Source of the DNA: Candidatus Bathyarchaeota archaeon | GTDB lineage: Archaea > Thermoproteota > Bathyarchaeia > Bathyarchaeales > Bathycorpusculaceae | Assembly (NCBI GenBank): GCA_963775685.1 | Contig: CAVZJV010000014.1 | Coordinates: 1,248,001 to 1,312,000 of the forward strand | Reading direction: 5' to 3' | DNA: 64,000 nt | In this document: piece by piece, positions 1 through 10,829 of the stretch | Position numbering within the stretch: position 1 is the stretch's first letter | Layout: every line of letters begins with the position of its first letter | Program-made: the position numbers and the translations under genes | The notes under the pieces: generated by a model | Databases searched by the model: none | Seen by the model: the letters and a program-made list of their open reading frames with translations, nothing else | What the model was told of the DNA's origin: nothing

Positions 1-238
1 TCGCTTTTCGCCAAAACATATCCGCCAAACATGCACGCTGCAGATCCAACTGCACAAAGCCCAATTCCGTATACCCACACCCTAATCCTCAAACTAACAC
101 AGAAGACAACAAACCCCCTCGCGCCACTATCAAACAAGAAACAAAAAAATCCCAAAACCAGAAAACAAAAACGTAAACAGTCCAAGGAAGTTGCATGGCA
201 GAAAAACACAATCACAAATAAATAAGGAACAAGTTTCT

Positions 239-1354
239 CTATGTTTTCCAGCAAGGTCCAGCTTTTTTGCCCAATGCAAACACTTGGATATGCCCAACGA
301 TTATAATTATCATCCAGATTGATGAGTAGAAGAAGTAGTAAACGAATAGTTCATGCAGTTTAACTTCGCGGAAGCCAAGTTTTCTGGAAAATCCGTAGAA
401 CACAGCCGCGGTTATGGCAAAACCCGACATCGAAATCAGTAAAACCTTAAGCACGTCCGCCGTTGCTAGGGATAAGAGGAAAATTGGTAAGGCGATGTTG
501 AATTTTACGGACAAGAACAACGAGAAAAACAGCAGCGAATTATACATCCATAAACTTGGGACAACAGCGCTCAAGAAAAACACGACTACGGAGGGGTAGA
601 GGAAAAAGAGGCTTGGCAAGAAAATTTGAGGCTTTTTAACAAAGCGTCTAGCTAACTGCTTATACCAGTCTTTGAGCCACAAAGCTTGACCAATCGCCCA
701 TCTTCGTCGCTGCGTGAACCATTTGTACCAATCTGAGTAAACTTGATTCCTTACTTCAACATCAACTGTGTAAGCAAAGCTACTTTCCTCAAGAAAAGCG
801 CGGGTGGCAAGGTCGATGTCTTCAGCTACGACAGTCCGAAACCCATCGACTTTCTCAAACATCTCCCGCTTTATCGCAAAGGCAGCTCCATTTACGGCCG
901 GGCATTTGTGCATGTACCTTGACGCTAGCCATGAGCTGATGTTGAAGGTCAAGTACTCGTAATACGTCATTTTTGAAAGGAAAGATTTGTCTTTAGTAAC
1001 TCTTTTTTTAATATCCAATATGTCGGTGTGTTTCATTTCCATGATTATTTTCTGGAGGTAGTCAGGATCATTGGGGATTCCTACATCGGAGTCGAGGAAA
1101 AGTAGTACTTTTCCTGTGGATAATTTTACGGTAGCGTTACACGCATTTGCTTTCCCAACCCTATCCTTGTTAAAGATAAATTTTACGTTCTCATTCTCTC
1201 TTTCAAGCTCTTTTAATGTTTCAAGAAAACCTTCGGTTGGCTGGTCCACAGTTACAAAAATTTCCTTCGAAACATTCTGCGAGCCGAGCTCTTTAAGAGC
1301 GCCTGCTATTTGGGTGGATTCTTTGTAAACGGGGATAAAGATGCTGATGTCCAC
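239..1354 (-). CDS. Family 2 glycosyltransferase with C-terminal transmembrane helices
   Basis: IFIPVYKE start, FLDSD (DxD), AEDID and QRRRW motifs of processive GT2; hydrophobic C-terminus. Confidence 0.9.
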   Translation of the reverse strand: MDISIFIPVYKESTQIAGALKELGSQNVSKEIFVTVDQPTEGFLETLKELERENENVKFIFNKDRVGKANACNATVKLSTGKVLLFLDSDVGIPNDPDYLQKIIMEMKHTDILDIKKRVTKDKSFLSKMTYYEYLTFNISSWLASRYMHKCPAVNGAAFAIKREMFEKVDGFRTVVAEDIDLATRAFLEESSFAYTVDVEVRNQVYSDWYKWFTQRRRWAIGQALWLKDWYKQLARRFVKKPQIFLPSLFFLYPSVVVFFLSAVVPSLWMYNSLLFFSLFLSVKFNIALPIFLLSLATADVLKVLLISMSGFAITAAVFYGFSRKLGFREVKLHELFVYYFFYSSIWMIIIIVGHIQVFALGKKAGPCWKT

Positions 1355-1497
1355 AGCTGAACCTCAAATAGGTTTGTATAAACTACAGGGGATTATTCGC
1401 ATATGGCTTTTTAAATTATTCTACAGTCAAATGAGTAATCGCTGGTTGACATGGCAAAAAATGGTTTTGCCCTTATCTCAAAGCATCTCAAGGGCAG

Positions 1498-2001
1498 TTA
1501 TTTTAGACTCTTAATTGGACCGATCTTGTACAGAACCTCAGCTTCATGTCCATCATTTTCAAAGTCTTCTTCAGAAAACAAGATATCGCTCTCACATTTT
1601 GCGTTTAAAATCTTTGCCAGCTTAAAGAAGTTCTTTTTGGAAATTTCGTTTGAGGGGTTAACTGTTCCTTCAAAATACTTCACGTTTGTCATTTTTATCT
1701 GTTCAAGAAGCAGGTGTATTTGTAGACCTTTTCCGCGGTATTCACTTTGAACCACAATCTCCCAACTAAAAAAAGTGTAAGGTCTATTAGGCGGCAAGTA
1801 TCCTGAGGAAAAAGCTATTATTTTTTTATCATGCTCGGCAACTAGGCAGGTTTCTGAGAAATCCTTAGCCAAAAGAAAATAAGTATATCGGGAATTTAAA
1901 CCGACGTAGGGTCTGTTTGCCACAAGCAGTTTGTAAACTTCTTTTACGTCGGAAATTGTAATGTTTCGGATGCTAAACTGAAGATTAGTTTTAGCGGGCA
2001 T
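1498..2001 (-). CDS. GNAT acetyltransferase, EctA (diaminobutyrate acetyltransferase)-like
   Basis: YTYFLLAKDFSETCLVAE, YRGKG acetyl-CoA motif, EGTVNPSN and FSEEDF...HEAEVLYKIGP match EctA-family patterns; starts 2 bp after kamA stop. Confidence 0.8.
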   Translation of the reverse strand: MPAKTNLQFSIRNITISDVKEVYKLLVANRPYVGLNSRYTYFLLAKDFSETCLVAEHDKKIIAFSSGYLPPNRPYTFFSWEIVVQSEYRGKGLQIHLLLEQIKMTNVKYFEGTVNPSNEISKKNFFKLAKILNAKCESDILFSEEDFENDGHEAEVLYKIGPIKSLK

Positions 2002-2003
2002 TT

Positions 2004-3344
2004 TTATGACAGGGGAAATTTTGGTTTTTTTCTTCGTTTTATTCTAAGATTTCCTTCTGGCACAAGCGATATAGTTTTGTCGGAGTCAGTTAACAGTTTT
2101 TCAATGCCGACAGCTTTCGTTTCATTCTCTTTCAGAGTTAGCTGCAGAATACATTTTTCACAATTCTTGTCGCAGACGATAGATTTGTAATCGTCGGGTT
2201 CATTGTAAGTGGTGATCACACCTTCATAGTTTCTCAGAACTGTTTTGTTGGAAGACCAAGAGATTATATAGTTTGGCATAACAGGAATTTTTCCTCCCCC
2301 GCCGGGAGCGTCAACTACAAAAGTTGGTACTGCAAACCCGCTTGTGTGCCCCCGTAGGCTTTCAATAATTTCTATGCCTTTTCCAATCGAAGTTCTAAAA
2401 TGCGAGAGTCCTTCAGAGAGGTCACATTGGAACAAGTAGTAGGGGTGAACTCTGTTCTGTACGAGTTTTTGGTTTAGTTTTTTCATTATTTGGGGACAAT
2501 CGTTTACGCCTGCAAGCAACACAGATTGGTTTCCCAATGGAATGCCTGCGTCTGCTAGTTTTTTGAGGGCGTCTATGGCGGATGGCGTAATTTCTCTCGG
2601 ATGGTTAAAATGAGTGTTTAGCCATAACGGGTGATACCTTTTTAGCATTTGAACTAGGTTGTCGGTTATTCTGTAGGGTAACACAACTGGTGTTCTGGTG
2701 CCTATGCGCACGACTTCAACATGTGGAATACGGTGCAGTTCACTTAGAATCCACTCGAGGAAGTCATCAGGCAACATGAGAGCGTCGCCCCCTGAGAGGA
2801 GGACATCGCGGATTTGTATGTGGCTTTTGATGTACTGGAGCCCTTCAATTATCTGTTGCTTAGATGGAATCTGGTCTGGGTCGCCGACCTTTCTTTTTCG
2901 TGTACAGTGCCTACAATACATTGCACAACGGTTACTTATCAAAAATAGTACACGGTCGGGGTATCGATGGGTAATGCCTTTGGTTGGACTATCTTTGTCT
3001 TCATGCAGGGGATCATTCATGTCGCAGTTTGAAATTTTAAGTTCAGCAGGGTTAGGAAATGCCTGCTTGAATAGGGGGTCATTATGAAAATTTTCTTTTT
3101 CAATTAAAGAAGCGTAGTAAGGCGTAATGCTAAGTGGAAATTTGCGGATGGTTTTTTCAAGTTCTAAGTGTTCTTTTTTCGAAAACTTTATGCCTGTAAA
3201 ACTTTCAAAACCTTCAATTGTTTTTATCGAGTTTTCCAGTTGCCAGCTATAATCCTTCCACTCACTGACGGTTACAAACTTTTCCATAGTTTTTGTTAGG
3301 TAAGCTTGGTAACTTGTAAGGGTTTCACTACTTTCAACAATCAT
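2004..3344 (-). CDS. kamA: Lysine 2,3-aminomutase (radical SAM/PLP), AblA/KamA type
   Basis: [20 protein letters not shown] (CxxxCxxC), [22 protein letters not shown] (PLP lysine), C-terminal Cys cluster. Confidence 0.93.
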   Translation of the reverse strand: MIVESSETLTSYQAYLTKTMEKFVTVSEWKDYSWQLENSIKTIEGFESFTGIKFSKKEHLELEKTIRKFPLSITPYYASLIEKENFHNDPLFKQAFPNPAELKISNCDMNDPLHEDKDSPTKGITHRYPDRVLFLISNRCAMYCRHCTRKRKVGDPDQIPSKQQIIEGLQYIKSHIQIRDVLLSGGDALMLPDDFLEWILSELHRIPHVEVVRIGTRTPVVLPYRITDNLVQMLKRYHPLWLNTHFNHPREITPSAIDALKKLADAGIPLGNQSVLLAGVNDCPQIMKKLNQKLVQNRVHPYYLFQCDLSEGLSHFRTSIGKGIEIIESLRGHTSGFAVPTFVVDAPGGGGKIPVMPNYIISWSSNKTVLRNYEGVITTYNEPDDYKSIVCDKNCEKCILQLTLKENETKAVGIEKLLTDSDKTISLVPEGNLRIKRRKKPKFPLS

Positions 3345-3673
3345 TCTTAAGATGTCTCTCCTCCGAGCGCTTTTCTTTTTGCTTCCTGAAAGAACTTCAT
3401 GCTTTTTATTTGTTTTTGATGACTTCAGTTGACAAAAAAGCGAAACAGTCTTAACAAGAAAACCTCATGCAAATTGAATAGCAAAAGCATTCAAACGAAA
3501 AATTTAGAGTTAATTAGTAAAAAATGCAAAAATTACCAAAAAACTGGCGACATAATGTTTTTTGAATAAACTCAAATTGACAACCCTTCTTTTTCCGCAC
3601 TTTTTCACGCCCTGACATTTATTGTTGCTCCATAGGAAAATTATTATTTGCCGTATCAGAGTGTATCACTGTC

Positions 3674-4690
3674 ATGACCAAGGTTAAGGCTATAAGTCTG
3701 CTTTCAGGCGGTTTAGACAGCATCCTTGCTACAGAACTCATTAGGCGGCAAGGCATCGAAGTGATAACTTTTAACATTAAAACTCCGTTTGGCATACCCA
3801 AAAAGGACGGCACAAGCGAAGCTGCACAAGCTGCAGACCAGTTGAAAGTGCCTCTAAAAATACTAAGCGTTGATAAAGACTATTTACGGATGCTTCGCAA
3901 TCCAAAGCATGGTTATGGCAAAAACCTAAACCCCTGCGTAGACTGCAAAATCTTCATCTTAAAAAAAGCGAAAAAATATGCCAAAGAAATAGGCGCCGAC
4001 TTCATCTTTACCGGAGAAGTTTTAGGTGAGCGCCCCATGTCTCAACATTACCCCGCCCTCAAGGTTATTGCAGAAGAATCTGGGTTAAAAGGCAAACTTT
4101 TGCGTCCTCTTTCAGCGAACCTGTTACCCCAAACGGAAGCAGAAAAGAAGGGTTTTGTAGACCGAAACAAGCTTTTGAGTATTCAGGGTAGGTCAAGAAA
4201 GCCGCAAGTTCAACTTGCTAAAGAATATGGGATTACGAGGTATCCTTCTCCTGCCGGGGGATGCCTATTGACTTGTGAAGAATACGCAAAGAAACTTCAA
4301 GACCTCTTCGATAACAAAAAGCGCATATCAATGGAGGATGTGGCTTTGCTACGGGTGGGCAGGCATTTTAGGCTCGGCAAAAACAAGATTATTGTTGGAA
4401 GAAACGAAGCCGAAAACCAGTTTTTGACGATCAACAAAATGCGAGGTGACTTCTTTTTTGAACTCGCCGATGTTGTGGGACCAACCGCTCTTTTGCAAGG
4501 ACCGAAAACAAAAATAGCCATTGAGACAGCTGCGAAACTAACTGCTGCCTATTCCGATGCTAAATCGGGAGAAGTCACCGTAAAATTTGGCTTAGAAGCG
4601 CTCCACAAAACCATAGCGGTGCTGTTGCCCCAGAAGGGTGATTCAGAAAAGCTCAGAGTGGGCTATTTTATGAAGCATCCCAAAAAATAA
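3674..4690 (+). CDS. PP-loop tRNA sulfurtransferase-like protein (ThiI/MnmA-like) with DUF814-type C-terminus
   Basis: SGGLDS PP-loop, PCVDCK, TGEVLGERPMSQ, PAGGCLLT, GRHFRL...VGRN. Confidence 0.8.
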   Translation: MTKVKAISLLSGGLDSILATELIRRQGIEVITFNIKTPFGIPKKDGTSEAAQAADQLKVPLKILSVDKDYLRMLRNPKHGYGKNLNPCVDCKIFILKKAKKYAKEIGADFIFTGEVLGERPMSQHYPALKVIAEESGLKGKLLRPLSANLLPQTEAEKKGFVDRNKLLSIQGRSRKPQVQLAKEYGITRYPSPAGGCLLTCEEYAKKLQDLFDNKKRISMEDVALLRVGRHFRLGKNKIIVGRNEAENQFLTINKMRGDFFFELADVVGPTALLQGPKTKIAIETAAKLTAAYSDAKSGEVTVKFGLEALHKTIAVLLPQKGDSEKLRVGYFMKHPKK

Positions 4691-4764
4691 ACATGTAATT
4701 TTGCTTTTCGTTAACGTTGCTCAAAACTTATCCACTAATCCAATAATAATAGTGGTGGGGTTGG

Positions 4765-5616
4765 ATGTTGACCATTCAAACTAACAGAATGTTGGGCGGA
4801 GTCGGGGCTATTTTTTCGTTATTTGGTATTGTCAGTGCGGTCTCTTCGGTTTTATCGTATGGTTATTTGAATTCGGTAACGACAAACTTGCCGCTCATTT
4901 TGATAACTGGAACCGTTGGGCTCTTTCCTTTGTCGGTTTCATACTTTTCTTGGTTGCAATGTATGGGATCTCAAGAGATTACAATGAACACAAAATATTC
5001 AACTATCTCTTGTATGGGTTTGTTGCGACTATTGTGGCTCCTGTGATTGGTACGGTTGTGGTGGCGGTTGTTGTTTTATTTAATTTAGCCAGCATTCTCC
5101 CAAGCCTTAGCCCGGCAACTACTGTGCCGTCTCAAGTTTCGACATCTCTGTCAAGTTACATTGCGCCTTTTCTGGAGATTTTCTCTGTTGTTGGGGTGTT
5201 TTGGGTTGTCTTCAAAGTGAAGACGTTAAATTTATTAAAGGAAAAATTAGGGGGTGCCCATGTTTAGGACTGAGGCACTTGTTCTGTTAGCTGGCGCGGT
5301 TGTTAACGTCGTGGTTGGTATTGTTTTTGCTACGTTGGTTTACTTTGGGACAATTGAGTATAACACTTTCTTGTTGGCGTCAATTCCCGGAGGATTAATG
5401 CAATAAGTTGCTTGGGCACTTTTGGCTATAGCATTCTTTAGAATAAAAGCGCCACCGACTAGGCAAATATTTTCTCCAGCCTATATCCCAACCGCAATAG
5501 GACAGGTGAAATATTGCCCTAATTGCGGAAAACCAATCCAAACAGAAGCTGCCTATTGCACACGATGCGGACAAAGACTCTATGTACAGCAGTCTATACT
5601 TTCTTCATTGCTTTAG
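4765..5616 (+). pseudogene. DUF996-like membrane protein with C-terminal zinc ribbon, split by frameshifts (probably sequencing indels)
   Basis: Consecutive hydrophobic ORFs 4765-5046, 4950-5267, ~5260-5616; ends in YCPNCG...YCTRCG; one shift at the G-run near 5250. Confidence 0.65.
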
Positions 5617-6304
5617 CCTTAAGCTCCCTGGGCATTAACTCGATGGCATACCGCAAAGCTGTTCTGGGCATACCCTTTCTGTTCTTAATCACAAAATCGA
5701 AGACCGCCTTCTGGTGTTTTCGGCTTTCCTCTTTAAGCAGCCACCCATAACCTTTCTGAACCATATCATCTCCATCTGTTAAAAGTATGTTGCAGATTTC
5801 AAAAGCATCCTGCAAAAACAAGCCTTTCTTTGCGGGAACAATAAGCGCTACAGCTGAAGCCCGTTTAAGCCAGCGGCTCTCGCTTTGAGCCCAACTCTTC
5901 AATTCTTCAATAGTTTGAGGGTATTTTTGGATCAAGTTGCCGATTGTGTGGTTGCAGAATCCGTCGCATTTAGCCCAATTGTTAATGTACTGTTCAATCC
6001 AACGTCTAAAAGTAGCCAAATCACTGGGCGCAAGATTGTCGATGTAGTTTGGCAGCCAAAACGCAACTATGAATGCCTCTTCGGTGAAATCTGAACGATA
6101 GAGCTCCTCGCACAAGTTGAAGATAACTGTCTTATCTAAAGTTTTGACTTGCCTCCAGTGTTTCTTGGCGATTTTGCCGACGGTTTCGGTTTTAACTCCA
6201 TAAAACTTTGCTTGTTCTTTGAAGTAGCGTTGGGCACTCTGTTTTGTTTTCTCCTCAGCACTGCCGATAAGGTCTGCTCTTATTTGCGCTAAGATATCGT
6301 TCAT
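5594..6304 (-). CDS. DNA alkylation repair protein (AlkD-like HEAT-repeat)
   Basis: NNWAKCD, W(L)KRAS, DDMVQKGYGWLLKE, MPRTALRYAIE motifs. Confidence 0.88.
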   Translation of the reverse strand: MNDILAQIRADLIGSAEEKTKQSAQRYFKEQAKFYGVKTETVGKIAKKHWRQVKTLDKTVIFNLCEELYRSDFTEEAFIVAFWLPNYIDNLAPSDLATFRRWIEQYINNWAKCDGFCNHTIGNLIQKYPQTIEELKSWAQSESRWLKRASAVALIVPAKKGLFLQDAFEICNILLTDGDDMVQKGYGWLLKEESRKHQKAVFDFVIKNRKGMPRTALRYAIELMPRELKAKAMKKV

Positions 6305-6370
6305 GGAAGAGAATCAGTTTTGAAGGATAAGAATTTTGCTTAAAAATTAATCTGAAAAATAAGAAGGGGT

Positions 6371-6658
6371 TCAGTAGTCTTCCATTTGGTAGAGGCCGAA
6401 ATCAATGTTTAGGATTTTTTCGGGTCCACAGCTGTCTTCAAGGTCGTAGAGGTGACTTGTGGCTTTTTCTAAACGGCTTTTTTTAACAGTCACTTTAGCT
6501 TTAACCATCCTGGTTTTAATTTTACCTTTTGGCTTGCGGGTGATATTGGGTGCGCCAAGGACCAAGGTATTATTCATTAGTTTTGGAACAACTTCGACTT
6601 TTATTTCATCCACGCCCACAGGGCACTTCAAGGAATCTTCGTGTAAGTGTTTAGTCAA
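6371..6658 (-). CDS. Small basic hypothetical protein
   Basis: ORF overlapping the stop of the upstream RHH gene; TTG start inferred. Confidence 0.6.
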   Translation of the reverse strand: MTKHLHEDSLKCPVGVDEIKVEVVPKLMNNTLVLGAPNITRKPKGKIKTRMVKAKVTVKKSRLEKATSHLYDLEDSCGPEKILNIDFGLYQMEDY

Positions 6659-6806
6659 CACCTTTTCGCCTCCAAACTTCTGCACTGATTAGATCTCTGA
6701 TTGCGACTCGTATGGCTTCGGCACGGTTTGGATAAAACCGCTCGTCAACCAGCTGGTCCAATGCTTTTATATACGTTTCAGGTAGATACAGAGTTATTAG
6801 TTTCAT
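6651..6806 (-). CDS. Ribbon-helix-helix transcription regulator (CopG/CdrS-like)
   Basis: MKLITLYLP...LDQLV...YPNRAEAIRVAIRDLI is a typical RHH pattern; ATG at 6806 preferred over the ORF-track start. Confidence 0.85.
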   Translation of the reverse strand: MKLITLYLPETYIKALDQLVDERFYPNRAEAIRVAIRDLISAEVWRRKGVD

Positions 6807-7013
6807 GAGGATTCCATCCGCTAGCTTGGGTGAATAAATAAAGCATGTATTCTTGGTTATACTTCTATATATCATGAGGCAAATATGTTTATAACATGTT
6901 CGTTCCACTGCTTATAAATGGTTGAATATGGTTGATACAGGATTCTGTCAATTCAAGCAAGGGCAGGATTATGTTTTTATTCCTTGTTGAAGCAACTAAC
7001 ATTCGAGTGAACC

Positions 7014-8309
7014 ATGGTCTGGCAGGTTTTCATAAAAAACTACGGCTGCGCCTCCAATACAGCTGATGGCGAAGTCTTAGCAGGTTGCCTCGCACAAGCC
7101 GGGTTCCAACTCACAACTGTAGAAACAGAAGCCGACCTGCTAATCTATAACACCTGCGCAGTCAAAGGACCAACAGAGAACCGAATAATCGACGACATAA
7201 AACATGCGCCAACCAACAAAAAAATCGTGGTCGCAGGCTGCTTACCCAAGATCAGTTTTGAGAGATTACAGCACGAGGTGTACTTTGACGGCGCAGTTGG
7301 TCCAGCGGTTGGTGGAGATATCGTTAATGTGGTCAAACGCGTTTTGGTTGGCGAGAGAGTGTTGGATTTGGAGGCAGTTAAAGAAAAACCGCTTCTGAGT
7401 CTTCCAAGACAAACATCCAACCCAGTCATAAGTATCGTTCCGATAAACTACGGCTGTTTGGGCAGTTGCGCTTACTGCTGCGTCGTTTTGGCTCGTGGGC
7501 ATCTAAGAAGCTACAGCATCAAAGAAATAATTGAACGCGTACAAAGCGACTATGCTTCCGGAACCAGAGAGTTTTGGGTCACTTCACAGGACACAGCGAG
7601 CTATGGCAGAGATTTAAGCACGGACATTGCAGAACTGTTAATAGAACTTGCCAAATTATCAGGAGATTTTCTGGTAAGGGTTGGCATGATGACACCTAAC
7701 CTAGTCACCGATATAAAAACCAGATTAATAACCTCTTTTGACAACCCGAAGATCTTTAAGTTTTTGCATCTTCCAATCCAAAGTGGCGATGACTTAGTTC
7801 TCCAACATATGCGCAGATTCTACACGGTAGCAGAATTCAAAGGAATCGTAGAAACTTTTAGAAACAAATTTCCTGATTTAACGGTAGCAACCGATGTTAT
7901 CGTTGGTTTTCCAGGCGAAACACAGGAAGCTTTTGAGAATACGCTCAAACTTTTGGAGGAAATCAAACCTGACATAGTTAACGTTTCCAAGTTTTTTGCC
8001 AGACCAAAAACTGTTGCAGCCACTATGAAGGAAAGTGTAGTTGCCAAGGAAGAAATCAAACGCAGAAGCACCGTTACGTCAGAGCTGACAAAGCAGCTTT
8101 CAGCTAAGAGGAACCTGCGATGGGTCGAGTGGACTGGAAAAGTGCTTATTGATGAGAAGGGCAAAATAGAGGGTTCGTGGGTTGGACGCAACTTCGCCTA
8201 CAAACCAATCGTCATTAAAAGCGCTGACAATTTGTTGGGTAGAACCTTGCAGGTTAAAGTAGTTGAGGCTTTGGGAACCTACCTAAAAGGCGCAATAGTT
8301 GAAAAATAA
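7014..8309 (+). CDS. mtaB: tRNA t6A37 methylthiotransferase (archaeal MtaB/CDKAL1 type)
   Basis: UPF0004 YGC..N, NTCAVK, AGCL; GCLGSCAYC radical SAM motif; C-terminal TRAM domain. Confidence 0.88.
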   Translation: MVWQVFIKNYGCASNTADGEVLAGCLAQAGFQLTTVETEADLLIYNTCAVKGPTENRIIDDIKHAPTNKKIVVAGCLPKISFERLQHEVYFDGAVGPAVGGDIVNVVKRVLVGERVLDLEAVKEKPLLSLPRQTSNPVISIVPINYGCLGSCAYCCVVLARGHLRSYSIKEIIERVQSDYASGTREFWVTSQDTASYGRDLSTDIAELLIELAKLSGDFLVRVGMMTPNLVTDIKTRLITSFDNPKIFKFLHLPIQSGDDLVLQHMRRFYTVAEFKGIVETFRNKFPDLTVATDVIVGFPGETQEAFENTLKLLEEIKPDIVNVSKFFARPKTVAATMKESVVAKEEIKRRSTVTSELTKQLSAKRNLRWVEWTGKVLIDEKGKIEGSWVGRNFAYKPIVIKSADNLLGRTLQVKVVEALGTYLKGAIVEK

Positions 8310-8479
8310 TGTCAATCTTTCTGTATCTCACTTATTTAACGTCGGATTTGCGCATTTGGAAGAGGTCATGACCTCCCAGCAAACGAAATACCAATTCTTA
8401 TATGAGGAAAAATTAACTACGTCCTTCCTTCGTGTGAATACTTAATAATTTCGGCTCTGTATCTTGTTCGGCTGAGAAA

Positions 8480-9904
8480 GTGATCAATACACAATCGAGC
8501 ATCTGCTTTTTTAACACCTTATCACGCAGAAAAGAAATATTCAAACCGTTGGAACAGGGCAAAGCGAAAGTGTATACTTGTGGTCCCACGGTTTATGATT
8601 TTGCGCATATTGGGAATTTTCGGGCGTTTTTGTTTGAGGACTTGTTTAAACGTTGGTTGGTTCACCGGGGCTTTAAAGTCATACATGTCATGAATCTCAC
8701 AGACATCGATGATAAAACTATCAAGGGCAGCCAAAAACAAGGCATCTCACTAAGCCAATTCACCGATCTCTATGTGAAAGCTTTCTTTGAAGACATTAAA
8801 GCTCTAAATATAGAGCCCGCAGACGTTTACCCCAAAGCTACTGATCACATACCTGAAATGGTCACCCTGATTAAGACCTTGCTTGCTAAGGGCGTCGCTT
8901 ACAAGGGTGAAGACGGCTCGATTTACTTCTCTGTAAGCAAATTCCCAGATTATGGCAAACTATCCCACATCAAAGTCGATGAACTCAAGGTAGGCGCACG
9001 GGTTAGCCAAGACGAATACGCAAAAGAAGAAGCGCAGGATTTTGCATTATGGAAAGCATGGTGCCCTGAAGACGGCAACGTCTTCTGGGAGACAGAATTG
9101 GGTAAAGGACGACCAGGCTGGCATATCGAATGCAGCGCAATGAGCATGAAATACCTCGGTGAAACCTTTGACATCCACTGCGGCGGAGTCGACAACATGT
9201 TTCCCCACCACGAAAACGAAATCGCCCAAAGCGAAGCGGCAACTGGCAAAAAATTTGTGAATTACTGGATGCATAACGAGCACTTGCAGGTGGAGGGCAA
9301 GAAAATGTCCAAAAGACTCGGCAATTTCTATTCACTGCGAGACCTCCTAGCCAAAGGTTACGAACCTATTGTCATTCGATATTTGTTAATGTCTACCCAT
9401 TACCGCCAACAATTTAACTTCACTTTTGAAGGTTTAGAAGCCGCCAAAGGCGCCGTGGATAGGCTAAGGAATTTTGTCAGACGCTTACACGACACGGACG
9501 GCAATGACAGTGAGGGAACAGTAGCTACCCTCACTGCGAAAGCTGAAGCTTGTTTTGGTGGTTCGATGGATGACGACTTAAACATCGCGATTGCACTCGC
9601 ATCCCTTTTTGACTTTGTACGCGAAATCAACAACTTACTCGACGCTAAAATGGTGAGCAAAGCGGAAGCCTCAGATATCAACGGTTTAATGATGAAGTTT
9701 GACGAGGTTTTAGGCGTTGTTGGCAAAGCAGAGGTTGAAGAAGCACTTTCTCTTGACATTGATTTACTATTGCAGAAACGTGAAGCAGCACGCAAAGCCA
9801 AGAAATGGAAAGAAGCCGACTCAATTAGGGCACAGCTTAAAGCTATGGGCATTGTGCTTGAGGATACAGCGCAGGGTATTCGATGGCACAAAGAGAAAGT
9901 CTAA
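8480..9904 (+). CDS. cysS: Cysteine-tRNA ligase
   Basis: YTCGPTVY, HIGN, PGWHIECSAM, KMSKR motifs. Confidence 0.97.
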   Translation: MINTQSSICFFNTLSRRKEIFKPLEQGKAKVYTCGPTVYDFAHIGNFRAFLFEDLFKRWLVHRGFKVIHVMNLTDIDDKTIKGSQKQGISLSQFTDLYVKAFFEDIKALNIEPADVYPKATDHIPEMVTLIKTLLAKGVAYKGEDGSIYFSVSKFPDYGKLSHIKVDELKVGARVSQDEYAKEEAQDFALWKAWCPEDGNVFWETELGKGRPGWHIECSAMSMKYLGETFDIHCGGVDNMFPHHENEIAQSEAATGKKFVNYWMHNEHLQVEGKKMSKRLGNFYSLRDLLAKGYEPIVIRYLLMSTHYRQQFNFTFEGLEAAKGAVDRLRNFVRRLHDTDGNDSEGTVATLTAKAEACFGGSMDDDLNIAIALASLFDFVREINNLLDAKMVSKAEASDINGLMMKFDEVLGVVGKAEVEEALSLDIDLLLQKREAARKAKKWKEADSIRAQLKAMGIVLEDTAQGIRWHKEKV

Positions 9905-10695
9905 GCGATTTTTCCACTGAAAGTCCAGTCTTTTGTTGAGTATTTTTCTTTGTAGAGGATGTTTGCAGTTTCTTTTTCTGCATGTGTTAATTCGCTTGGT
10001 TCGAGCTGAATTTTGAGGATTGCCTTGAAACCCTGGGCAAGAGCATTAGCTATAGTGCTGGGAGAGATTTGGTGCCCTAATTCGTTTTGGATGCTTGTGA
10101 TTTTGTGTTTAGCGATATCAGTTGCTTGAGTGCAGGATGCATTATTGAGCTTGAGGACCGAAAACATTTTGGGTAAATCTACAATTCGCAGTACTGTGCC
10201 ATGTTGAAGCACGACACATCGGGTAATTGTTTGGCTACTTCCCGAGATTTTTTTGCCATTAACCGTCAGGTTCGGGCAGTTTTTGGCGTTTCCACTGCTA
10301 AAATCAGCTGGAACACCCAAAAGCCTTAGTGCATCGGTTATTGCCCCGTAAATCTGCAGGTAAACGCTGGTTATGTCACCTATACCAAAATCTGCGACTT
10401 TGGCGATTACGCTGTAGGTTACTTCTCCCTCAAAATCGTGATAAACGGTGCCGCCTCCACTAATCCGCCTGACAATGTCAATGCCCTGCTTCTTGCAAGA
10501 GTCAAGGTAAACCTCGTTCTCAGAGTTCTGGTTCTTGCCTATGCTGACGGCAGACGGTTGCCAACGATAGAACCGCAACGTATTTGGCACCTGACCAGCT
10601 ATTCTTGCTTTTAAAATTGTTTCGTCGATCGCCATGTTCATGAAGGCATCGTTGGTTTCTAAGGGCAATAACCGCCAAGTATTCATGTCACTCAA
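9901..10695 (-). CDS. Lipoate-protein ligase A family protein
   Basis: NMAIDE, RRISGGGTVYHD, GKKISGS, LQHGT motifs. Confidence 0.92.
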   Translation of the reverse strand: MSDMNTWRLLPLETNDAFMNMAIDETILKARIAGQVPNTLRFYRWQPSAVSIGKNQNSENEVYLDSCKKQGIDIVRRISGGGTVYHDFEGEVTYSVIAKVADFGIGDITSVYLQIYGAITDALRLLGVPADFSSGNAKNCPNLTVNGKKISGSSQTITRCVVLQHGTVLRIVDLPKMFSVLKLNNASCTQATDIAKHKITSIQNELGHQISPSTIANALAQGFKAILKIQLEPSELTHAEKETANILYKEKYSTKDWTFSGKIA

Positions 10696-10829
10696 TCCTT
10701 TTCTTATGGAAAATTGTAGTAGGGCTTAAAACTGTTATGCAATAGAATGCCTTTTGAAGTAAAAGTTGCGACTATTCATGAGGAATAGATAAATGCTTAA
10801 AAACCAAGCATTGCATCTCTAAAGAAGAG

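Noticed and set aside
31-225. Lys/Gln-rich ORF at window start
   Set aside because: Product of an A/C-rich low-complexity tract; no family features.
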